A DNA stretch of 63,978 bases, counting the filler, from Craspedostauros australis (lineage: Eukaryota), in the NCBI GenBank assembly GCA_030167865.1. It is 19 parts of 19 records of this genome, joined end to end, with 100 filler letters (N's around TTAATTAATTAA, not from the genome) between each part and the next. Parts side by side here need not be neighbours in the genome. Positions count along the whole stretch, not along the records: positions 19,232 to 39,750 come from JALAGF010000574.1; positions 39,851 to 41,226 come from JALAGF010000575.1; positions 41,327 to 45,166 come from JALAGF010000576.1; positions 45,267 to 46,960 come from JALAGF010000578.1; 15 more parts are not named here. One strand, given 5' to 3'. Both the position numbers and the translations under genes were made by a program. Below are positions 36,853 to 47,060 of the stretch, one piece after another; the first letter of the stretch is position 1; each line of letters opens with the position of its first letter. The notes below the pieces were generated by a model. It made no database searches. It saw only the letters and a program-made list of their open reading frames with translations, and was not told where the DNA came from.

Positions 36853-37821
36853 ATGTCGAGGATGGCGACTGCGACGGCCACGCGAAAGGACATCGCCATG
36901 CCGAACAAGACAGTACGATCCGTGAACGATTGGGTGGAATGCAGCTTCAGGCGCTGGATGCGGCGAGCCGCCTTCTACTGTCTCATCAATGGCTACATCA
37001 GCGCGATAGCGGCCGTCCATTCGATGCTCGCGTTGTGGGGACGAAACCACGGCGAATCCATGGAGCTCGTGGCGGTGTATGCAGCCAGCGTCATCCGTAT
37101 GATCGTCCCCATCCTCTTCTTTGAAGCGCTGATAGCGATGAAAGTGCCACGGATATCGGCGGAACAACCGCGCGACGATACCAGCTTCAAGACGCTGTGC
37201 CGTGTTCTCGTCACCATTTTCGTTTTCAATTCGGCCTTCGACGTGATGTTCATGAAGTACATCGTTCCCGCGCTGGGCGGGCTTGGAGAGGATAGCGGAG
37301 ATTACCTCGGCGAGTTCCTTTCCTTCATCCCCAAAAGCTTCACTGGTGAGATGGTCTTCGACTTCTTCCACTACTGGGGACACAGGATGTGTCATCAGAA
37401 TAAGTTCCTCTTTGCGATCCACAGCCACCATCACGACCATGTGCACTGCGGTCCGCGCAGTGGGATGGACATCCACCCTGCTGATTTCTTCCTCACCAAC
37501 GTCATCCCAGCGTCGATAGCCTTATTGGTGTGCAACGCGCTGGTCGGCGGATTCACGGAGTGGCAGTGGCATCTCTTCCTCAGCTACAAAACAGCAACGG
37601 AGATCGGTGGACACAGCGGGTTGAACTACAACGCCATGTCGTTTCCTCAATTCCCCATACTGCAATGGCATTTTGCAGACATACCCCTCTCGGTGGCCGA
37701 TCATGAATGGCATCACGTCAAGCCCACCAAGAATTTTGCGAAACGATTTGCCGTTTGGGACCGGCTATTCGGGACGTACGAAGAGCACAAAGCTAGTCAA
37801 AAGACGAAGAAATTGAGATGA
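36853..37821 (+). CDS. Fatty acid hydroxylase / sterol desaturase superfamily membrane enzyme
   Basis: Di-iron His boxes HYWGHRMCH, IHSHHH, GGHSG, HEWHH; NFAKRFAVWDRLFGTY; multiple TM segments. Confidence 0.9.
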   Translation: MSRMATATATRKDIAMPNKTVRSVNDWVECSFRRWMRRAAFYCLINGYISAIAAVHSMLALWGRNHGESMELVAVYAASVIRMIVPILFFEALIAMKVPRISAEQPRDDTSFKTLCRVLVTIFVFNSAFDVMFMKYIVPALGGLGEDSGDYLGEFLSFIPKSFTGEMVFDFFHYWGHRMCHQNKFLFAIHSHHHDHVHCGPRSGMDIHPADFFLTNVIPASIALLVCNALVGGFTEWQWHLFLSYKTATEIGGHSGLNYNAMSFPQFPILQWHFADIPLSVADHEWHHVKPTKNFAKRFAVWDRLFGTYEEHKASQKTKKLR

Positions 37822-37901
37822 CGCCGGCCATGCGAGCGTGTGGTAGATCAATACTCTGCAAACTGTCATAGTCTGTAATGGTAGATGAATGAGTTGCTAG
37901 T

Positions 37902-37935
37902 CTTCTTCTTCTTCTTCTTCTTCTTCTTCTTCTTC
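37902..37935. repeat. (TTC)n microsatellite
   Basis: About 11 perfect TTC units. Confidence 0.95.
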
Positions 37936-38156
37936 GATTTTATCGTGTTCTGTACGCCCGCTAATGGCGTTTATGTGGGGGATGGTCAATTGACTCGTTC
38001 CTTCTTTTCTTTGGTGCGGTGGGTCCATGCTCCCACCTTAGGAGTAAGTGTTCGAATGTGTATTATGGCGGAGAACTTCACACACCATTGGCCCACCAAG
38101 TTGAATCATCGATAGACGATTCTGTACGTATGACACGTACTCCTCGTGGATTGGAT

Positions 38157-39594
38157 CTAACGAAGACGACGTCCGTTCAGCTTCTGGCTGACGATCTCTT
38201 GGATGGCGTTGTCGCATCCGTCTTCGCCAACGAGGCGCTTCTTGAGCTTGGAGAACTCGTTGTTGGACACCACGCCCTGGCGGCGCAACAAGCGATAGTG
38301 ATCACGCAGGTCGTTGTCCGTATCGATACCCTCGCAGGAGTTGAATTCAATCTGAACATCCGACACAGTCGCTGTGAAGCCTTCGCCTGCGGAATAGGCA
38401 AACTCGGTGCGGATGCGCTCTGCATCAATCTGGGTACAGTCGGAACGGGACACAACGGGCATCTTCTCGACGCATCCGCACATGGGTGCACCCGGGACGT
38501 TGCGGACGTATCCACGCTGCACCAAGTGGTCGTACCTGGATTTTATGGGCATGCGTGGGATATGAGTGAGGAAGTGAGTGAATAAGTGAATAAGGGAGTG
38601 AAGAAATGAATGAGTGAGTGGGCGAGTCAATGGAGAGCATGCAGTGAAGTTGGAGGTGGAGTTCAATGCGGCAAACTGTAATAGTACATAGCAATACAGT
38701 CAGCGTGGCAGGATTCGCAGGATGTTGCCGCCACACTTACATGCTGACGAAGAAGAGGTTATTGCCTCGGAACATGTTGGTCGGATCAAACTCATCCTCG
38801 CTCCATGCGAAACCATGGCAGTGAGCATCGCCTTCGCCATCCTCGTCGTCACCGGGGAAGAGGGAGAGGCCGCTTTGCACTCTTGCGGCGACGGGAGCCT
38901 TGGACATGTCCATGTAACAGATATCGGTGTTGTCGTCCGGGTCGGCATCCTTGCACTCCTCTCCGTAGGGAGTCTCGCAGTTGCCGTTGTCGTCGCCGGC
39001 TTGACGGTCCTGCACCCAGCAGCACATGGCAGCACGTAGCTCGCAGTCTTCAAATGTCTCGATATCAAGACCGAGAGTGGTTGGCCATTGGATGACGCTG
39101 CTGCGTGCCTGCGTCTCGAAGACGTCGGTGACCTTCTGCCCGACGCCGGCTTCCAGATCGTACACTCTCTTTCCTTCCTTGTTCTTGGTCTGTCGGCCCT
39201 CGTTCCAGGTTGTGCCACCGTTGAAGAATTCTTCAACGAAGACATCGTTCTCCTCCGTGATGTCGATGAAATCGATGGTCTTCCCTCCCATCGACATGTG
39301 TGCCTCGAAGGCCATGTCGCAGAGGTCATTGACGGCCTCCTCGACTGAGTTCTTGGAGACTCCCAAGAGCAACGATAGCTCCTTTTCAACGGAGCGTCCA
39401 TCGCAGCGATCTCCTTGTTCATCGATGTAATCCTGGATCAGTTCTTCCACGATCTCAAAGTTGCACCCATCATTGGTGATGCGCGCGAGGCTGGTGACGC
39501 AGGGCTCGTTGTTGGCCAATGCCGAAACAACGCTGATGCTGGCGGTGGATACCAAGGCGACGGCAAGAAGGCTGGTTGGGATTGTCAATTTCAT
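38157..39594 (-). CDS. Secreted Cys-rich protein of unknown function (410 aa); exons 39594-38741 and 38535-38157
   Basis: Signal peptide MKLTIPTSLLAVALVSTASISVVSA; CELRAAMCCWVQDRQ, DNTDICY, HCHGFAW. GTAAGT/CAG intron gives NNLFFVSM|YDHLVQRGYVRNVPGAPMCGCVEKMP. Confidence 0.8.
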
Positions 39595-39850
39595 GTTGGA
39601 CGTATGTAGTTGCGTTTTGTGGGTGTGTGCGTGTGTGCGTGTGTCTGTTGCGAGTTGTGCTCGGATTGAGATTATGAGTACACCTCGCACCATTCATGGC
39701 CAGAACCAATGTTGGAACCATCAGATACCATGGCCCACTCCTTGCTCCTTNNNNNNNNNNNNNNNNNNNNNNNNNNNNNNNNNNNNNNNNNNNNTTAATT
39801 AATTAANNNNNNNNNNNNNNNNNNNNNNNNNNNNNNNNNNNNNNNNNNNN

Positions 39851-40760
39851 ATTCGGACGCAGCAGACCACGCTCTCGGATGCATCGTATTCAGCAGACTG
39901 CGCCATGAGGGCGAGATAGCTGAAGGAGCTCAACGAGATGCAATGAAGGAAGCAATGAGAGCTTCCCACCTACCCTGCAAGAATGGAGCTGCCTCATCAG
40001 CGCTCGGTCGATATGGAAGCCGAGATGGATGAGGAGCGAAGGAGGTCGCTGATGCTGCGCGTCTGTGCCCATGGCACACGCGACGCAATCGAGCACAAGC
40101 ATGCAGGCAGGGATGATAAGATGAAGAGAGATCAAGATCTACGCAGGAATGGGCATGGCCCATGATCGCGATCACATCAAGAGTGGTGCGAGGAGCAGCA
40201 ACGGAAAGCATCGAGATGATCACATGGCATTGATTGTCATCGCGTGATACAGACTCGAGTGCTGGCTGCGATTCCTACTGGGAGACGATCAAGATGGTAA
40301 GAATGCAATCTACCAGCCATCAATTGGCGACAACAACGAGAACAGCAACACAGGAAGTGTGTGCTTCGACGAGAAGGGAAAGCGCTGGAACAAGCTGGAC
40401 GGGAGGTCCCACCGCGCTTCGATCCCAGGGTCAATACGAAAGACGAGGAACAAGAGGTGTCCTCGCCATCGGAGAAGACGATGATTCAAGACACCCGCAG
40501 AGCCATGAGCCTCATCTACGACCGCCACCGTATCAAACACGGTTATAAGCGCGCACGAGGCAATGGCAGTAAGAGAGTGAGAGAAAGATGACACTGACAA
40601 CGGATCGGTCGGTTCAGGAGCAGATGTCCTAACCGCGATGCCCACGATAGTGAGATGAAGGAAGCCAGGTCGACCAAGGTCGCGACAGACGGGATGGATG
40701 ACATCGCTCTCATCGCAAACGACGAGCCGATGTCCATGCCCATCAACGAAAATGTGGTCG
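39851..40760 (+). pseudogene. Degenerate relic of the same Copia gag family as 14652-16837
   Basis: Stop-interrupted QQTAP..RAR*LKELNEMQ*RK...MELPHQR matches EQRTAPIKAKLLAQLNGMRLKK...MEVLRNR. MKEARSTKVATDGMDDIALI (~40655-40715) matches MKEADSANVATDGM..DVAL. Confidence 0.6.
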
Positions 40761-41326
40761 GCACCAAAATGTGACCAACATGAAATTCGTGGCCATCACC
40801 GAAATCGCGAACAACGACCAAAATGTGACCATGTGAAACTACACGATGATGCGCGACGACAACGCGATCACGAACAACATGGCACTCGTAACAATCAACA
40901 ATGATGGGGTTTCCGACTTCGACAGCGGAACACCAGTCAACGACTACGAGTGGACCAGGGAGGAGATAGCTGAGTACACTCCAGGAGTGTATAGCTACTA
41001 CGGGTCTACNAACGATNACGATGGAGTGGATCAACANACAACCCTTTTCATCCGAGAATGAAGAGGAAGACGGCAACGCCAACTACAATGAAGGCGAAAC
41101 GAGTGATGAGGAGCGCAGAGGACTGCACATTAATGCAGGTCTGATCTGCCTCTTGGCTCGATACTCGTTGAGCAGCATGGCGTCTGCCACCGATGTGCGC
41201 GTCGAGCTTTCGATGATCTGCTACGANNNNNNNNNNNNNNNNNNNNNNNNNNNNNNNNNNNNNNNNNNNNTTAATTAATTAANNNNNNNNNNNNNNNNNN
41301 NNNNNNNNNNNNNNNNNNNNNNNNNN

Positions 41327-44300
41327 AATCTGCACAGCTCCATCGATATCATCATCGTGGACCCGGATACTCGTGTACAGCGTCCAGACAACGTCACGGG
41401 AGAGATCTGGATCACCGGGGCCTCTGTGACCGCTGGGTACTACAATCAGCCACAGCTCACCGCCGAAACCTTCCAAGCTACACTCCAAGGCGATTCATCA
41501 TCTAATATGGACCGCAAGATGTACTTGCGGACTGGAGACTACGGGTTCTACCAAGATGACTATCTCTACATCTGCGGCCGCAAGAAGGACATCATCATCG
41601 TCAACGGTGTCAACTACTACCCGCAAGATATCGAGCACGCTGTCCAAGATGCATCATCTTCCGTCCGTCCAGGGTGTGTCGCTGCCTTCTCATCTGATGA
41701 ATCAGGCAACGATGGACAGCTCGAGATCGTCTTTGAGATCCGATCCAATCATGCAGACAATGCCGCAACTGTCTGTCAGGAGATCAGAAAGGTCGTGATT
41801 GAGCACATCGGATTGACACCTGTCACAATCGCAGCCGTCAAGGAACGCACCATCTCCAAAACAACAAGCGGCAAGATCCAGAGACGCCAAAATCGCCAAT
41901 GTCTTCGCGATGGAGACCAGAAAGCAATATTCAACTTCAGTGCAAACCCAACTCCAACCGCCCAAGTTGCACTGGATGGCGATGCCAAGTCATCGCCAAC
42001 CGAAACCATGTCGGCAAGGAATGCAGACCAAGACGAGGACCTCCAAAGTAAGACGTTCAATGAGATCATCAGGAACGCAACGGGATCGCAAGTCAAGGGA
42101 GGTGAAACGTGGGAGGACGTTGGATTGTCATCCATGGGGGAACTGGAGCTCCGGCAATCACTGTCAAAACGGTACAGCACCACCCTCCCTCCGAATTGCT
42201 TCGACATGTTCTCAACGCTCATGGATCTCGAAACATTCCTCGAGACATCGCACGGAGAACCACTCCCAACGCGTCTCCCGGCGCTCAAGAGACTCACCAG
42301 CATGCGCAACGAGAAACGGCTCTCCCAAACAACAGCCACTGTCATCCAGGTCATCGGCGTGCTCATCATCCTCTTCATGTTCGCTTTGCCCATCATTCCT
42401 GCCTACGGAATCGGCAAAGTCCTGGCCAACGACAATCGCACCCGCGTCGTCTTCTTCATCGATTCTTCGGCATTCATCTGGATGTGCTACCCGCTGGTGA
42501 TCCCATTCTGGATGATCATGCTCACGCTGGAGGTCATCCTGTCGAAGTGGATCATCATTGGCAGGTACCAAGAGGGATACACCAACCTCGTGTACTCCTG
42601 CTTTCTTCGATGGTGGTTCGTGGACCGACTGATGCACATGTGGGAAAACTTCGTCGGACGCTTCATCGTGGGCACACCATTGATGACAGCATTCTGCTAC
42701 CTCATGGGAGCAGATGTCCATCGTTCGTGCAACATCGATTCCTTCATTCGGGAGTTCGATCTGGCGAAAGTCGATGCCAACGCCTTGGTGAGCAAACCGA
42801 TCCGTTGCCGAATGTTCGGGGCATGGAAAGATGAACAAGGTCCCAGCTTGCGGTTCCGCAAGATCCAGGTGGGATCGAATGCCACGATCAAGGGCATTCT
42901 CAGTCCAGGCGTCAAGGTCGGTTCCAACTGCTATGTGCAGCACGTTTCTGTGCTGGCAGAGGGTGCCCAAGCACCGCCCAACACCGTCATCCGAGGCAAT
43001 CCTGGATATGTCGAAAGCGCGGAACCTGCAGCGGCAGAAGCGACAACGTCACAAGGCAGCAACATTATCAGCATTGACGGCAGCGACGATGGCGACAACA
43101 ACAACGACAGCGACGATCCGCAGCAAGCAGGTGCGAGTACAGCCGCAGACGTAGACGGAAACGTAACGCCAAACAACAACGATACCAGATGGGCCATCCT
43201 GGGTGGCATGAAGATGACATGGCTGCTCGTCGAGCTGTACATGACCTTCTGCTGCTTCCTCATTTCCAATATCTTGGTCCGCGACGACCTCCAAGACTGG
43301 AGATACTCCAAACTGCAATATTGGGCTGTATCCATCGGTCTGTCATCAGTGCTGCTGGTGATATCCAGCATCCTACTCAAGTGGGTGATGATCGGCAAGA
43401 AGAAACCGGGCCAAGCGAGCACCGGTATCTGGAGTGAATTCGCAGACTGGGCATGCGACTATCACTTCGACCGAGCATGCTTGATACTCTATGGTCTGAC
43501 CACCAATTCGATCATTTGGAACCTGGTCCACATGGCTCATGGATTGGACATCGATCTGCGATCAAAGATTTTCGGTGACAGCTTCCATCCATCCGAAGTC
43601 GACCTCATCACCATCCGACGATCGTTTGTATCCATCGTCACCTTCCACACCAAGGAAAACGGTAAATACGGGAGAGCCACGATCGAGGACAGCAGCATCG
43701 GGATGCTGACTACCTGCGCGCCGGGTGTGACAGTCCGCAACGCTTTGGTCTCGCCGCAGACACACATCACAGAGAGCATCATCCATCCAAAGCCCGATCC
43801 GCGCAACGAAAGAATATCAGATTTGAAATTGACCGGGATCATGGTGGCGAGCACACTGCTGTACGCTGTCACGCTGCTCGTTGCAGCAATCAGCTTCATC
43901 CCAGCCTTTGAGCTATGGATGCATGCCATCAAGCCGCAGTCATCAGTCGAGGCGGTCCCACTGGTGGTGCTATCGGTCATCATCCAGACCATCGTGTGGA
44001 CCATACTCTTGCGTGTGCACGCTTTGATCACATTCGCTGGAAGCAATGAGCGAACGACGCCATGGTGCTTGCCGCTGTACATGGTGTACCAATCATTCAC
44101 TTACTCCGTCCATAATTGGTCGCTGTATCCCATGCTCTGGGGAACACCGATGATCAACAGCGTTCTCCGCTTTCGCGGGGTCAACGTTGAAGGTCGCTTG
44201 CTGTACTTCGGCTTCCGCCTCTACGAGCCGACCTATGTCACCTTCGCGGATGGATGCGTCGTCGATGAGTGTTCAATCACTGGTCATAGCGGCATATTCT

Positions 44301-44506
44301 CTAAATTGACTTTGGGGAAGTCGTACGTCAGCGGAGTGTTGCATCAAAATTGCGCCGTCATGATGGCAACCAAGACGGCAGCAACCGCAGACGAAGCAAG
44401 GTTGGTTGAGCATGGGCCTCAGCATCTCCTCATGAACTCGGATGAATCGCTGGTTGGAGGACAAGCGGGAACCTCCAAGGAGATGATCCATTCAGACACA
44501 GCCTGA
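41327..44506 (+). CDS. 5'-truncated NRPS-like membrane protein: FAAL-type adenylation C-terminus, carrier (ACP/PCP) domain, three TM + hexapeptide-repeat modules (Pls/PosA, TIGR02353-like)
   Basis: GEIWITGASVTAGYY, YLRTGDYGF, GRKKDIIIVNGVNYYPQDIE, KTTSGKIQR; carrier motif DVGLSSMGELELR; KWIIIGRY..G, RWWFVDRL, IQVGSNATI...GVKVGSNCYV, KWVMIGK.KPG. Confidence 0.85.
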   Translation, partial: NLHSSIDIIIVDPDTRVQRPDNVTGEIWITGASVTAGYYNQPQLTAETFQATLQGDSSSNMDRKMYLRTGDYGFYQDDYLYICGRKKDIIIVNGVNYYPQDIEHAVQDASSSVRPGCVAAFSSDESGNDGQLEIVFEIRSNHADNAATVCQEIRKVVIEHIGLTPVTIAAVKERTISKTTSGKIQRRQNRQCLRDGDQKAIFNFSANPTPTAQVALDGDAKSSPTETMSARNADQDEDLQSKTFNEIIRNATGSQVKGGETWEDVGLSSMGELELRQSLSKRYSTTLPPNCFDMFSTLMDLETFLETSHGEPLPTRLPALKRLTSMRNEKRLSQTTATVIQVIGVLIILFMFALPIIPAYGIGKVLANDNRTRVVFFIDSSAFIWMCYPLVIPFWMIMLTLEVILSKWIIIGRYQEGYTNLVYSCFLRWWFVDRLMHMWENFVGRFIVGTPLMTAFCYLMGADVHRSCNIDSFIREFDLAKVDANALVSKPIRCRMFGAWKDEQGPSLRFRKIQVGSNATIKGILSPGVKVGSNCYVQHVSVLAEGAQAPPNTVIRGNPGYVESAEPAAAEATTSQGSNIISIDGSDDGDNNNDSDDPQQAGASTAADVDGNVTPNNNDTRWAILGGMKMTWLLVELYMTFCCFLISNILVRDDLQDWRYSKLQYWAVSIGLSSVLLVISSILLKWVMIGKKKPGQASTGIWSEFADWACDYHFDRACLILYGLTTNSIIWNLVHMAHGLDIDLRSKIFGDSFHPSEVDLITIRRSFVSIVTFHTKENGKYGRATIEDSSIGMLTTCAPGVTVRNALVSPQTHITESIIHPKPDPRNERISDLKLTGIMVASTLLYAVTLLVAAISFIPAFELWMHAIKPQSSVEAVPLVVLSVIIQTIVWTILLRVHALITFAGSNERTTPWCLPLYMVYQSFTYSVHNWSLYPMLWGTPMINSVLRFRGVNVEGRLLYFGFRLYEPTYVTFADGCVVDECSITGHSGIFSKLTLGKSYVSGVLHQNCAVMMATKTAATADEARLVEHGPQHLLMNSDESLVGGQAGTSKEMIHSDTA

Positions 44507-44764
44507 GGCCACAGGATGCAAGAACGGTGTCATACACGTACACCATGACGTCGAGAAGCAGAGGGCTGCGCGATCGAGAGATTGAGCTGCGATGATTGCA
44601 GTCAGATCGATACGTGCAGTGCTGTTGCCCTTCCAATCACAATACCATACGCACTAGTACGGGCAGCGCGGTAGCAATTATTCAAAGTAGCTTTGGAGTC
44701 TCCCGATAGACAATGTCTTCATGTTCGTCTACAAACGTGCGCGAAGATGGAGATAAGCCCTACT

Positions 44765-45166
44765 CTAGATGTTATCCTGACACAGTTTGATGAGCTCCTC
44801 GAAAGGATCTTCGGTACCTGCCGTCCCGCTCAATGCGCCCGTCAATGATGCCAGATGCACCGTGTCTATCGGTGCACGGTAGCTTGCCAATGGATCCTGT
44901 CGTATCTGCTGGTCCGTCTCAACCACACGAACGATGGGGATGTCGGTGGATGTGGACGACATGATGGTGCTGCGGCCTTGGTCGTTCATGGGAGCACTGT
45001 TTGGACTGTGTGCATTGTCGGCAGCATTCGAACCATCGGCATCCATCGTTCGCAGCTCCTCCCATTCGAAAAGCAGTGAATCTGTCTGATCGGACCATGG
45101 ATTGAAATCCATCAACCACACGCGGTCCTTCTTGTCGATGTAGACATCGAATACGTAGTTTTCGAT
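44765..45166 (-). CDS. CDC123: CDC123 (D123 ATP-grasp family), C-terminal fragment
   Basis: [38 protein letters not shown] matches the CDC123 C-terminal signature. Confidence 0.85.
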   Translation of the reverse strand: MENYVFDVYIDKKDRVWLMDFNPWSDQTDSLLFEWEELRTMDADGSNAADNAHSPNSAPMNDQGRSTIMSSTSTDIPIVRVVETDQQIRQDPLASYRAPIDTVHLASLTGALSGTAGTEDPFEELIKLCQDNI

Positions 45167-45534
45167 NNNNNNNNNNNNNNNNNNNNNNNNNNNNNNNNNN
45201 NNNNNNNNNNTTAATTAATTAANNNNNNNNNNNNNNNNNNNNNNNNNNNNNNNNNNNNNNNNNNNNTGTGTGTGTGTGTGTGCTAATGATGGATTTATGG
45301 GAGGAGACTGTCTCCGTTGTCACTCTTCAGAGGCGGAGGCTGCGGACGTCTGTCCTGCGTACGTATGCCAACANNNNNNNNNNNNNNNNNNNNNNNNNNN
45401 NNNNNNNNNNNNNNNNNNNNNNNNNNNNNNNNNNNNNNNNNNNNNNNNNNNNNNNNNNNNNNNNNNNNNNNNNNNNNNNNNNNNNNNNNNNNNNNNNNNN
45501 NNNNNNNNNNNNNNNNNNNNNNNNNNNNNNNNNN

Positions 45535-46960
45535 GCGTTGAGATCGGATGCGACGTCCTCGATAAGAATAAGATCCCGATCCACCCAGTCACTGACTGCG
45601 AAGGTTCGGATATCAATATGTCTCGAATTCCGTGTAGGCTGACTTGCATTGGCCATCATGCGTGCTCCTTGGTTGTCCTCGAAGATGAGAGTTGCGTGCT
45701 GCTGAGGCACCCCGATCTCATCGAGGATGGAGCGAAGCCACAGAGCCATGTGGCCAGCATCGCTGGCAGCAACAAATTCGGCTTCGGAGCTGCTGAGGGA
45801 CACGGTTGGCTGGACTCTGGTCTTCCATGCGACGGCAGCGCCGCCGAACATGAACACGATGCCAGTGACAGAGCGCCGATGTCGAATATCGGATCCCCAG
45901 TCAGCATCCACATACCCATAGACTGTGGAGAAACGGACCGTCGTGTGACCACCCACGTCATGTGAAACGTCCTCAGGCGGTGAAAGAGGTACGGGCACCG
46001 GGACATCAGGAAGGTCAAGCAGTGGCAACGGTCGCCAGTAGGTGATCCCAAGCTCTCGTGTGGCAGCTATGTAGCGGAAGAGGTACTTGACTGCCTCATA
46101 ATGGAGCTTGGCCGGGTTGATAGAGAACTGGCTGAGCTTCACCACTGGGAACGAAATGTCGGGACGGCAAGACACCATGGCCCAAATCAGCTCGCCGATG
46201 GCCTGTCGATAATTGAAAAATGTCGACTGCAGTTGCCGTCGCTCACCGTCAGTAGCCAGGACCTCAGCATTGTCCAGCTGCTTGATGTAACCATTGTCAG
46301 CACGCATGGGAAGTCGCTGTGACGACCGTAGATCTTTCCAACCATGCTTCTGCAGTACCTTGTTCAAATACGTAGTACAGTGTACCGTCACATGCGACCT
46401 TCCTTGCGTGAGGTCAAGCCCATTGTAGTGCGAGAAGAGCCCATGTCGAGTGATTGGTTGGTTGAGCTGCTTGTCGAGTAAGTCGCAGAACGCGATGTAG
46501 GTGCTCTGTCGGGCGGTGGCCACTGCGAAATCGTCGACCTGCCGCAAAATGTAGACGCGCTCGCTCTGAACGACCCCAGTGTAGAGACATGGAGCGTGGG
46601 TGGTTGACGTCAGGCCCATGCGGCGCATGATTCCATTGACATGAATGCTCCACTGCCAAGGCGCCTCAGGGTGACCTTGGAGGTTCTTGAGGACAGGCAC
46701 AACATGGCCACGCGGAATGGTAGCATCATGTTTGTGTTCCCACCACGAACGGAACTGATCGTCCACCTTCATGTAGTATCGCTGGGCGCTGGCTGGAGCT
46801 TCAGCAAATGCATTGGCAACATCAGCTCCAAAGATGAGTAGGCGCTGGACAGCGGCGATGGCCACAAGAATGCGGAATTCGGTGAGATCGGGCGTGGCAG
46901 CATACGTGTGACCAAATACACGGACGTTGCCTCCTCGGGTGGAACCATCACACACCGCGC
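45535..46960 (-). mobile_element. Ty1/copia (CoDi-like) reverse transcriptase + RNase H fragment
   Basis: GADVANAF, KNLQGHPE, RQVDDFAV, YRQAIGELIW, RPDISF, YVDADWG, RRSVTG, SSSEAEF, FEDNQGA, RHIDIR. Confidence 0.93.
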
Positions 46961-47060
46961 NNNNNNNNNNNNNNNNNNNNNNNNNNNNNNNNNNNNNNNN
47001 NNNNTTAATTAATTAANNNNNNNNNNNNNNNNNNNNNNNNNNNNNNNNNNNNNNNNNNNN

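Noticed and set aside
36853..44506. Biosynthetic cluster of desaturase plus FAAL-ACP enzyme
   Set aside because: Separated by two artificial linkers; different contigs.
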